Shown here: one piece after another, positions 38,673 to 47,245 of the stretch
Numbering within the stretch: the stretch's first letter is position 1
How the letters are laid out: each line of letters begins with the position of its first letter
Assembly (NCBI GenBank): GCA_038065955.1
Contig: JBBTPY010000006.1
Span: 7,626-71,625 of the forward strand
Reading direction: 5' to 3'
DNA from: Patescibacteria group bacterium
GTDB lineage: Bacteria; Patescibacteriota; Minisyncoccia; UBA6257; UBA9933
DNA: 64,000 nt
Translations under genes and position numbers: made by a program
The notes under the pieces: generated by a model
Databases searched by the model: none
What the model saw: the letters and a program-made list of their open reading frames with translations, nothing else
Told to the model about the DNA's origin: nothing

Positions 38673-39040
38673 TTCAGTTTCTGTACCACGACGGCATTCA
38701 GAAAGAAATCGCCGCCCTTGATGAGCGGCGATTTCGTACTATACGCAGTGGTCTGTCTGCATTTGAGAGACTGTGTGAGGTGCAATTTAATCCGACAAAT
38801 CCGCGACAAATCATTGCGCCGGCTAAAATACACCGCATTACGCAGAATGATATTTGGACACTCTGGAAAACTGAACTCGTTGTACCTAATTCGGGTTTAC
38901 GCCCAAATCAATGGCCGCGAATGTGGTTTGTGGTGAAGGGCGCAATTATTGCTTTTTTGTGCATATCCTCTCATGTTGATAATTACAACGATGAGGATAT
39001 GAATCGTTTAGCTTTGTCGCGGGTGTCGGATTTCTTCTGA
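38669..39040 (+). CDS. Putative toxin partner of the Panacea protein (family unrecognised)
   Basis: Start overlaps the Panacea stop (ATGA coupling); 123 aa; C-terminal hydrophobic stretch. Confidence 0.3.
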   Translation: MIQFLYHDGIQKEIAALDERRFRTIRSGLSAFERLCEVQFNPTNPRQIIAPAKIHRITQNDIWTLWKTELVVPNSGLRPNQWPRMWFVVKGAIIAFLCISSHVDNYNDEDMNRLALSRVSDFF

Positions 39041-39041
39041 A

Positions 39042-39130
39042 ATGTCGCAAAAATTTTTCACCGAAATGCCCGAGCGTTCTGCTAGAGCGAAGTGGAGGCG
39101 GTTTAGTTCCTTTTTTGAATTTTTTAGGAG
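39042..39130. repeat. Partial L-orientation copy of the intergenic repeat family
   Basis: 'gtcgcaaaaatttttcaccgaaatgcccgagcgttctgctagagcgaagtggaggcgg' is ~90% identical to the reverse complement of 36921-36990. Confidence 0.7.
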
Positions 39131-39292
39131 GCGCGCAAAAGAAAATTGTAAGGGAAAATTTCTGCGAGGTTGTCGCCTGAGCGAAGCGGGAGCGTACGAT
39201 TTAGTCTCGCTTCACCACGCGCTCCGCGCGCGGCACATCAGTCGGGGTTCTACTGGAAGTAAGTCCGAATTTTTTGGTATAATGATTACCAT

Positions 39293-39997
39293 ATGAATTT
39301 GCCAAATCATGTCGTTGTAATTCCCGATGGTAATAGGCGGTGGGCGAGAAAAAAGGGGTCGCTTTATTTTTTTGGCCATCGCGAAGGCGCGAAAACGACG
39401 GAAAAAATTTTAAAAGCCGCTTTAGAGATGAAAATTTATCATCTCACTTTTTGGGGCAGCAGTTTGGATAATATTATCAAGAGACCCAAAAAAGAGGTTG
39501 AATTTTTATTTGATATTTTTGAAAAGAATTTTAAAAAATTGGTTAAAAATAAAGATATTCATAAAAATGGCGTTAAAGTGAACGCGCTTGGCAGATGGAG
39601 AGAGTTATTTCCGGAACGCGTTAAAAAAGCCATTGAAGAGGCGATTGAAAAAACAAAAAATTATAAAAATTACCATCTGACGTTTTTAATGGCTTATAGC
39701 GGTATTGATGAGATGACAAACGCAATCCAAGAGATTGCTAAAATCAGAAATCAGAAATCAGAAATCAAAATCGACGGAGATTTAATTAAAGAAAATCTTT
39801 GGACAAAAGATTTGCCGCCTGTTGATTTGGTTATTCGCACCGGCGGCGAACCGCATTGGTCGGCGGGAATGATGATGTGGGACGTGGCCGACGCCCAATT
39901 ATATTTTACCGAAACGCTTTATCCCGATTTTTCCGTGGAGGAATTCAAAAAAGCCGTTGAAAAATATCAAGAAACGGAAAGAAGATTAGGCAAATAA
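39293..39997 (+). CDS. uppS: Undecaprenyl diphosphate synthase
   Basis: 'HVVVIPDGNRRWARKKG' and 'IRTGGEPHWSAGMMMWDVADAQLYFT' cis-prenyltransferase motifs. Confidence 0.9.
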   Translation: MNLPNHVVVIPDGNRRWARKKGSLYFFGHREGAKTTEKILKAALEMKIYHLTFWGSSLDNIIKRPKKEVEFLFDIFEKNFKKLVKNKDIHKNGVKVNALGRWRELFPERVKKAIEEAIEKTKNYKNYHLTFLMAYSGIDEMTNAIQEIAKIRNQKSEIKIDGDLIKENLWTKDLPPVDLVIRTGGEPHWSAGMMMWDVADAQLYFTETLYPDFSVEEFKKAVEKYQETERRLGK

Positions 39998-40759
39998 ATT
40001 TTTAATTTTAGCGTATCGCCATCGTCCGTATTGGTCGCGTTCAAATTCGCATAATTGATATTTTTCTTTTTGAACTAATTTTTTAACGGCGTTTTTTTGA
40101 AGAGAATCAAATTCCAGCCAAATTTCGCCGTTTGATTTCAGACGATTTTTCGTTTGCTTAAGAAATTTTTTTATGTAAAATAATCCGTCTTTTTTGCCGA
40201 AAATCGCCGATAAAGGTTCATATTTTAAAACAGAAACGGAGATTATCTTTTTATTTTTAAGCGGCACATAAGGCGGATTGGCTAAAATAAAATTATATTT
40301 TTTATTAATTCCAATATTCTCAAAAATATTGGAATGAATTATTTGATAACGAGACGAGGCAATTTTGTTTAATTTCAGGTTTATTTTTATTTGTTTGATA
40401 AATTCCGGATTTTTTTCAATAAAATTAACATTGGTATTTTTGAGATTTTTCAAAATCGCAATACCGATGCATCCGGAACCGGCGAAAGCGTCAAGGATTT
40501 TCAGCCGACTGCCACGAGTTTTCGCAAAAGCGATAAATTTTTCCGTCCAATATTCGGTTTCCGGTCTGGGAATAAAAGGTTTTTGCGAAAGGTCAATTTG
40601 GCAATTCAAAAACGGTTTCCAGCCGATGATATAATCAAGCGGTTCGCCGGCTTTGAGCCGTTTCAAGTCATTTAAAAATTCAGGATGCCATTTGCCGGCG
40701 TATTTATCTTTGATTAAAAATTTGATTTTTTCGCTAATTTTTTTAATGTTATTTTTCAT
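39986..40759 (-). CDS. prmC: Release-factor glutamine N5-methyltransferase PrmC/HemK
   Basis: 'FILANPPYVP' NPPY motif; SAM-binding 'ILDAFAGSGCIGIAI'. Confidence 0.8.
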   Translation of the reverse strand: MKNNIKKISEKIKFLIKDKYAGKWHPEFLNDLKRLKAGEPLDYIIGWKPFLNCQIDLSQKPFIPRPETEYWTEKFIAFAKTRGSRLKILDAFAGSGCIGIAILKNLKNTNVNFIEKNPEFIKQIKINLKLNKIASSRYQIIHSNIFENIGINKKYNFILANPPYVPLKNKKIISVSVLKYEPLSAIFGKKDGLFYIKKFLKQTKNRLKSNGEIWLEFDSLQKNAVKKLVQKEKYQLCEFERDQYGRWRYAKIKNLFA

Positions 40760-40782
40760 AGATAATTGTTATTATATTTGAA

Positions 40783-41820
40783 ATGCGAATTTTAGCCATT
40801 GAAACATCTTGCGATGAAACGGCCTTGGCGATAGTTGAGGCGAAAGGAGGGTTAAAAAACCCGCGTTTTAAAATTTTGAAAAATTTAGTTGCCTCGCAAA
40901 TTAAAATTCATCGTCCTTTCGGCGGCGTGGTGCCGAATTTGGCTAAACGCGAGCATCTTAAAAATTTGCCGATTTTGTATAAAAAACTAGTGGCTAGTGG
41001 CAATACCCTAAACCCTGATTTAATCGCCGTCACGGTCGGTCCCGGATTAGAGCCGGCTTTGTGGACGGGCATAAATTTCGCGCGCGAAATTTATTCCGAC
41101 TTACGACAAACGACTAACAACAAACAACTTAAACTAATCGGCGTAAGTCATTTGGAAGGCCATCTTTATTCCAATATTCTTGAGAATATAAGAATGAAAA
41201 ATATTTTTCCGTCGATTCCGCTTATTGTTAGCGGCGGTCATACTATTTTGCTTTTAATGAAAGATTTAACTCATTATAAAAAACTCGGCGAAACAAGAGA
41301 CGACGCGGTTGGCGAAGCTTTTGATAAAGTGGCGCGGCTTTTAAATCTTTCTTATCCCGGCGGTCCGGAGATAGAAAAACTCGCGAAAAAAGGGAATCAT
41401 GAAGAGATTAATTTTCCCCGACCAATGATCAATCAAAAAAATTATGATTTCAGTTTTTCCGGGTTAAAAACAGCGGTTTTATATTATTTAAAGAATAGCG
41501 AAAATTTATCGGTAAAAAAAGAGGATGTGGCTGCCAGTTTCCAGCGAGCCGCTTTTGATGTTTTAATTTCAAAAACTTTGCGCGCCGTAAAAGAATTTTC
41601 CGCCAAATCAATAATGATTTCCGGCGGAGTGGCAACAAACAATTCTTTAAGGAATTGTTTAAAATCAAAAATTAAATCTCAAAAATCAAAAATTAAATTA
41701 TTTTTTCCAGAAAAAAAATTTTGCGCAGATAACGCGGTAATGATTGCCGTAGCCGGTTATATTAATTATTTACAAAAAAAGAACAGGCGATTATCGGCGC
41801 GGGGAAATCTTCGGTTGTGA
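40783..41820 (+). CDS. tsaD: tRNA N6-adenosine threonylcarbamoyltransferase TsaD (Kae1/Gcp family)
   Basis: 'MRILAIETSCDETALAIVE' N-terminus; 'GVSHLEGHLYS' His motif; 'ISGGVATN' C-terminal region. Confidence 0.9.
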   Translation: MRILAIETSCDETALAIVEAKGGLKNPRFKILKNLVASQIKIHRPFGGVVPNLAKREHLKNLPILYKKLVASGNTLNPDLIAVTVGPGLEPALWTGINFAREIYSDLRQTTNNKQLKLIGVSHLEGHLYSNILENIRMKNIFPSIPLIVSGGHTILLLMKDLTHYKKLGETRDDAVGEAFDKVARLLNLSYPGGPEIEKLAKKGNHEEINFPRPMINQKNYDFSFSGLKTAVLYYLKNSENLSVKKEDVAASFQRAAFDVLISKTLRAVKEFSAKSIMISGGVATNNSLRNCLKSKIKSQKSKIKLFFPEKKFCADNAVMIAVAGYINYLQKKNRRLSARGNLRL

Positions 41821-41864
41821 AAAAGTTTGTCAAATTCTTATTATTTTTGGTATGATTATTTTTA

Positions 41865-42938
41865 ATGAGTGTAATAAATCTTCGACGGTTTGATTGGCCG
41901 TTGAATTTCTCCGTCTTATTTTTATTGTCGGTCGGGCTTTTGAGCTTGTTGAGCGCCAATCAATCTTTATTTTATAAACAATTTCTTTTTTTGGTTATCG
42001 GATTGATTTTTATTTTTACAATAATCAGATTTGATTGGCGGCCGTTTATTAATCACAAAGGAATTATTCTGGCAATTTATTTTTCAGTCGTTTTACTTCT
42101 TGTCGCCACTTATTTTTTCGCGCCGGTCATCAGGGGAGTAAGGGGCTGGCTGCCGCTTGGTCCGTTTCAGGTTCAAACGTCGGAATTTGCGAAAATCGCT
42201 TTGATTATTATTTTGGCCGGATTTTTCAGTCGAAAACATATCGGCATTGCCAGAATTTCCAACTTACTGGCCTCTTTTATTTATTTCGCGATTCCGGGAT
42301 TTTTAATCATTCTTCAGCCGGACCTCGGTTCAGCTTTAATTCTTTTTTTCATTTGGTTCGGTTTTCTTTTAGTTTCCGGAATTTATTGGCGGCATTTGGC
42401 GGTTTTTTCGCTGATTTTTTTAATCGCGGGAGCGGTAATGTGGACAAGTTTTTTAAAAGATTATCAAAAAGAAAGAATTCTCGGTCTTTTTTCTCCAGAG
42501 CGCGATCCGTTGGGGGTTAATTACAGCGTTATTCAGGCGAAAATTGCCATCGGTTCCGCCGGTTTTTTCGGCAAGGGATTCGGACAGGGAACGCAAACGC
42601 AGCTGGGTTTTTTGCCGGAAGCCCAGACGGATTTTATTTTTTCCGCCATTATTGAAGAGTTCGGTTTGATAGCCGGATTTTTGGCGATAGCGGCTTTTAC
42701 TGTTTTGATTTTCAGAATTATTAAAATTGGTTTTGGTTCGGATAATAATTTCAGTCGGTTTTTTTGCCTCGGAACGTCTATTCTTTTTTGCGCGCAATTT
42801 GTTTTAAATGTCGGTTCAAATCTCGGTTTGACGCCGGTAATAGGCGTAACTTTTCCATTTTTAAGTTACGGCGGGTCGTCTTTATTGACCAATTTAATTC
42901 TCGTTGGTATTATTCAATCTATCGCGCTCAAACGCTGA
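41865..42938 (+). CDS. ftsW: SEDS-family peptidoglycan glycosyltransferase FtsW/RodA
   Basis: Ten-TM profile; 'LPEAQTDFIFS' and 'PFLSYGGSS' conserved SEDS motifs. Confidence 0.8.
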   Translation: MSVINLRRFDWPLNFSVLFLLSVGLLSLLSANQSLFYKQFLFLVIGLIFIFTIIRFDWRPFINHKGIILAIYFSVVLLLVATYFFAPVIRGVRGWLPLGPFQVQTSEFAKIALIIILAGFFSRKHIGIARISNLLASFIYFAIPGFLIILQPDLGSALILFFIWFGFLLVSGIYWRHLAVFSLIFLIAGAVMWTSFLKDYQKERILGLFSPERDPLGVNYSVIQAKIAIGSAGFFGKGFGQGTQTQLGFLPEAQTDFIFSAIIEEFGLIAGFLAIAAFTVLIFRIIKIGFGSDNNFSRFFCLGTSILFCAQFVLNVGSNLGLTPVIGVTFPFLSYGGSSLLTNLILVGIIQSIALKR

Positions 42939-42940
42939 AT

Positions 42941-43924
42941 ATGAAAATTATTTTATCAAAGCCGATAATTATTGGTTTATCGGCAACGGTTTTTTTAACG
43001 ATTTTTTTTCTTGGGAATTTTCGATTAAGCGCGGAAATTAACGGAACGCCGGCGTTCATCGATATTCCTTCGGGAACCGGTCTTAATGAAATAACCGAGA
43101 GGATTTATTCGACAAAACTTATTCGTTCCAAGGCGATTTTTAAAATTTACGCCATTTTAAGCGGCAAGGCGCATCTTTTAAAAAGCGGCAGTTATGAAAT
43201 TCAGCCGCCGGTTTCCATAACAGAACTTTTAAAAATTTTAACCGAAGGGCCGAAGGAAATCGCGGTTGTTATTTCTCCGGGGATGACCGTAAAAGAAATT
43301 GACACTCGGCTGACCGAGGCGAAAATCATAAAAAGCGGCGAGTTGATAAATTTTAAAAATGGTTTTTTGGAAGGATATTTAATGCCCGACACTTATTATT
43401 TTTATCGTAATTCCGATATTGATTTCGTCGTTAAAAAAATTTTGGACAATTTCAAAAATAAAATAGTCGAAATCGCCGGCGACCAAATCGGCGATTTGCG
43501 TTTTTTGGAGAAAAACGATAAACTAAAAAAAATATTGATAATCGCCTCTATGTTGGAAAAAGAAATTCCCGATGACGGAGAACGCGAAATAGCGGCCGGC
43601 ATATTAGAGAAACGGCTTAAAAATAAAATGCCCCTTCAGATTGACGCGACGATTATTTATTTGAAGTGCGGCGGCAGATTTTTAAATTGCGCTCCGCTTC
43701 AAAAAAGCGATTATAAAATTGATTCCCCGTACAATACTTATATTTATCAAGGATTGCCGCCCGCGCCAATAAGTAATCCTTCCTTAAGAGCGATTTTGGC
43801 GGCGATAAGGGGAAAAGATTCATCTTATTGGTATTATCTTTCCGACCCTAAAACAAAAAAGACGATTTTCAGTAAAACATTCGAAGAGCATAATAAAAAC
43901 AGAAAAAAATATTTAAACAGTTGA
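42941..43924 (+). CDS. mltG: Endolytic murein transglycosylase MltG (YceG-like)
   Basis: N-terminal TM; 'YNTYIYQGLPPAPISNPS' signature. ATG at 42941 chosen over the ORF-track upstream extension, which overlaps ftsW. Confidence 0.8.
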   Translation: MKIILSKPIIIGLSATVFLTIFFLGNFRLSAEINGTPAFIDIPSGTGLNEITERIYSTKLIRSKAIFKIYAILSGKAHLLKSGSYEIQPPVSITELLKILTEGPKEIAVVISPGMTVKEIDTRLTEAKIIKSGELINFKNGFLEGYLMPDTYYFYRNSDIDFVVKKILDNFKNKIVEIAGDQIGDLRFLEKNDKLKKILIIASMLEKEIPDDGEREIAAGILEKRLKNKMPLQIDATIIYLKCGGRFLNCAPLQKSDYKIDSPYNTYIYQGLPPAPISNPSLRAILAAIRGKDSSYWYYLSDPKTKKTIFSKTFEEHNKNRKKYLNS

Positions 43925-44055
43925 CAAATATAAATTAAACGGATAAAATGAAAAATTGTTAAGTAAGTATTTATTTCTGAAATAATATCTCAGGGAAAGA
44001 AAGAGGTTATTTTTTAGTGTTTTTTATTTTTTTTAAATTCTTTTTTTAAATAAAA

Positions 44056-47000
44056 TTGTCTAAATTGCCTGTTAAAATTTTTTCTTCTCATCCGGGCGCT
44101 TTTATTGAGCAGCCGTTTTTGGCGGAAATTCAAAATTTGTCTTGGGAGTGGTTTGTCAAAAAAGGATTGAAGGAAATTTTTGACGAAATTTCTCCAATAA
44201 AAGATTCAGCCGGCGAATTTGAGCTTTATTTTTCGGATCATTATTTTGACGAGCCGAAATACGATGAAGAAACCGCTTGGTCAAAGAGTTTAACCTATGA
44301 CGCGCCACTTAGAGTAAAGGCAAAATTAATCAATCTCCGCAGTAAAGAAACAAAAGAGCAGGAAATTTATCTTGGCGATTTTCCGATTATTACTTCCCGA
44401 GGCACTTTCATTATTAACGGCGTTGAGCGCGTGGTTATTTCGCAGCTTATTCGTTCGGCCGGCATTTATTTTACCTCTGAAGCGTATCGGGGGCGCAATC
44501 TTTTCGGCGCCAAAGTTATTCCCGACCGCGGTAGTTGGCTGGAATTTTCAACAGACCCCGACGGTTTTATCGGCGTTAAAATAGACCGGCACCGTAAAGC
44601 CGCGGCCACGGACCTTTTAAAAATTTTCGCGAATATTTTTAAACGCCGCGATTTAGAAACAAACGAAGCGATTTTAGATTTATTTAAAAATATTGATATC
44701 AATGCTGTTCATTTTATTGAAGCGACTTTGAAAAAAAGTGAAACCAAAAGTTCAATGGAGTCGTATATTGAAATTTATAAACGTTTGAGACCGGGCGATT
44801 TAGCCACTCCGGAAAACGCCAAAAATTTAATTGACGCGATGTTTGTAAGAAACGATCGTTACGGCCTTTCCGCCGCGGGCAGACATAAGATTAACGGCCG
44901 GTTAGAAATTTCTCGGGAGAAAAACAGTCCGCTTCTCGATTTAGACGACATTATTTTAATTATTAAAGAAATTATCAGACTTAATAACGATCCGGCAGCT
45001 ATTTCGGACGATGTTGACCATTTGGGTAATCGTCGCGTAAAGGCCGTCGGCGATTTGCTTCAGAGCCGGTTGCGAATCGGAATGGCGAGAGTTCGCCGGA
45101 CCGTTATTGACAGAATGTCCACTTTGGAAACTGCCGTTCTTACGCCCGTTCAGTTAATCAGCGCTCGGCCGTTGCAGGCGGTTGTTCGGGATTTTTTTAC
45201 CGCGTCGCAGTTGTCTCAATTTATGGACCAGGATAATCCTTTGGCAGAACTGGAACATAAACGGTGTCTTTCTTCTATGGGACCGGGCGGATTAACGCGG
45301 GAGCATGCCGGTTTTGAGGTGCGCGATGTTCATATTTCGCATTATGGCCGAGTTTGTCCGATTGAAACTCCGGAAGGGGCCAATATCGGCTTGATTAATC
45401 GTTTAGCCAATTACGCTCGGGTTAATGAATTAGGATTTTTGGAAACGCCTTACGTTAAAATTAAAAACGGGAAGGCGACTGATGAGATTATTTGGTTTGA
45501 AGCCAAAGATGAAGAAAAATATAAAATCGCCCATGGCGGAGTCAATCTTGATAAAAGCGGAAAAATTATTGATGAGAAAGTGGAAATTCGTTTTCTCGGC
45601 AAGCCGGGAACGTGTTCAAGTAAAGAAGTGGATTTAATGGATGTTTCGCCTCAGCAAATTTTAGGCGTGGCGGCTTCCATGATTCCATTTATAGAACATG
45701 ATGACGCCAATAGGGCTTTAATGGGTTCCAATATGCAGCGTCAAGCCGTGCCTTCAATTGTCGCTCAGGCGCCTTTGGTTTCCACGGGTATAGAAGAAAG
45801 AGCGGCCAAAGATTCCGGACGGTTGATAATCGCTGATTTTGACGGAACAGTGGCGGAGGCGGATGCTAAAAAAATCGTAATAGAAGATAAAAATAAAAAG
45901 AAAAAAATTTATTCTCTTAATAAATTCAAAAGATCAAACGATTATACCTGCGTTTCCCAGCGGCCATTGGTAAATAAAGGAGAAAATGTTAAAAAAGGCG
46001 ATGTTTTAGCCGATACGTCTTCAACCGAAAACGGCATTTTGGCGCTGGGGCAGAATTTATTGGTGGCTTTTATTTCTTGGGAAGGCGCGAATTTTGAAGA
46101 CGCGATTATTCTTTCGGAAAGGGCGGTAAGGGACGATTTTTTCACTTCCATCCGCATTGAAGATTTTTATTGCGATGTTCGCGAAACGAAATTGGGGCCG
46201 GAAATGACGACGCAGGATATTCCCAATATAAGCGAAGAAAAATTGAAAAATCTTGACGAAGAAGGGATTATCAGAATCGGAGCCGAAATTGCGGCAGGCG
46301 ATATTTTGGTCGGCAAAATTTCTCCAAAAGGAGAAACGGATTTTACTTCCGAAGAAAAATTGCTTCGGGCGATTTTCGGGGAAAAAGCAAAAGATATTAA
46401 AGACACTTCATTGGTTATGCCGCACGGAAAATCGGGCCGGGTGGTTGGCGTAAAAATTTTTTCGCGCGACCATGGCGACAAGTTAGAGCCCGGCATAATT
46501 AAAAGAATTCAAATTGAAATCGCCCAGTTGAGAAAAGTGATGGCCGGCGACAAATTAGCCGGCCGTCACGGCAATAAAGGCGTTATTTCTCAAATCAGGG
46601 CAGCGGAAGACATGCCTTATCTGGAAGACGGCACGCCGGTTGATATTATTTTAAATCCTTTGGGCGTTGCTTCAAGAATGAATCTTGGTCAAATTTTGGA
46701 AACTCATTTGGGTTTGGCCGCAAAGCGTCTCGGTTATCGGGCTGTTTCTCCTATTTTTTCCGGCGCCTCGGAAGAGGATATTAAAAATGAACTTAAAAAA
46801 GCGGGTTTTAACGAAAGCGGTAAACTCAAACTTTATGACGGCAGAACCGGCGAACCGTTCCCGGGGTATACTACGGTGGGTTATATTTATATGTTGAAAC
46901 TCAACCATTTGGTTGAAGATAAAATCCATATGAGGTCAATCGGTCCTTATTCGCTGATTACCCAACAGCCATTGGGTGGAAAAGCGCAATTCGGCGGACA

Positions 47001-47241
47001 GCGTTTTGGAGAAATGGAAGTCTGGGCTTTGGAAGGATATGGCGCGGCTTATACGCTTCAGGAAATGTTGACTATTAAATCGGATGATGTTTTAGGGAGA
47101 GCGGCCGCTTTTGAATCTATTATCAAACAGGAAAAAATTAAAAGTCCCAATATTCCTTCGGCGTTTAATGTTTTAGTAAGCGAAATTAAAGCGCTGGGAA
47201 TGGACATTGAAACAATACAACATGATAATTTAAAAAATTAA
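44056..47241 (+). CDS. rpoB: DNA-directed RNA polymerase beta subunit
   Basis: 'GRHGNKGV' and 'NMQRQAVP' regions; 'SRMNLGQILE'; 'GGQRFGEMEVWALE' catalytic region. Confidence 0.95.
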   Translation: MSKLPVKIFSSHPGAFIEQPFLAEIQNLSWEWFVKKGLKEIFDEISPIKDSAGEFELYFSDHYFDEPKYDEETAWSKSLTYDAPLRVKAKLINLRSKETKEQEIYLGDFPIITSRGTFIINGVERVVISQLIRSAGIYFTSEAYRGRNLFGAKVIPDRGSWLEFSTDPDGFIGVKIDRHRKAAATDLLKIFANIFKRRDLETNEAILDLFKNIDINAVHFIEATLKKSETKSSMESYIEIYKRLRPGDLATPENAKNLIDAMFVRNDRYGLSAAGRHKINGRLEISREKNSPLLDLDDIILIIKEIIRLNNDPAAISDDVDHLGNRRVKAVGDLLQSRLRIGMARVRRTVIDRMSTLETAVLTPVQLISARPLQAVVRDFFTASQLSQFMDQDNPLAELEHKRCLSSMGPGGLTREHAGFEVRDVHISHYGRVCPIETPEGANIGLINRLANYARVNELGFLETPYVKIKNGKATDEIIWFEAKDEEKYKIAHGGVNLDKSGKIIDEKVEIRFLGKPGTCSSKEVDLMDVSPQQILGVAASMIPFIEHDDANRALMGSNMQRQAVPSIVAQAPLVSTGIEERAAKDSGRLIIADFDGTVAEADAKKIVIEDKNKKKKIYSLNKFKRSNDYTCVSQRPLVNKGENVKKGDVLADTSSTENGILALGQNLLVAFISWEGANFEDAIILSERAVRDDFFTSIRIEDFYCDVRETKLGPEMTTQDIPNISEEKLKNLDEEGIIRIGAEIAAGDILVGKISPKGETDFTSEEKLLRAIFGEKAKDIKDTSLVMPHGKSGRVVGVKIFSRDHGDKLEPGIIKRIQIEIAQLRKVMAGDKLAGRHGNKGVISQIRAAEDMPYLEDGTPVDIILNPLGVASRMNLGQILETHLGLAAKRLGYRAVSPIFSGASEEDIKNELKKAGFNESGKLKLYDGRTGEPFPGYTTVGYIYMLKLNHLVEDKIHMRSIGPYSLITQQPLGGKAQFGGQRFGEMEVWALEGYGAAYTLQEMLTIKSDDVLGRAAAFESIIKQEKIKSPNIPSAFNVLVSEIKALGMDIETIQHDNLKN

Positions 47242-47245
47242 ATTT

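Noticed and set aside
39740-39785. 'cagaaat' x3 tandem heptamer inside uppS
   Set aside because: In-frame coding sequence ('KIRNQKSEIKID') in a non-conserved surface region. No evidence of a functional role.
42764-42940. Upstream 59-codon extension of the MltG ORF suggested by the ORF track
   Set aside because: The extension overlaps the end of ftsW in another frame and encodes an arginine-rich low-complexity peptide. The ATG at 42941 gives a typical MltG N-terminal TM helix right after the ftsW stop.
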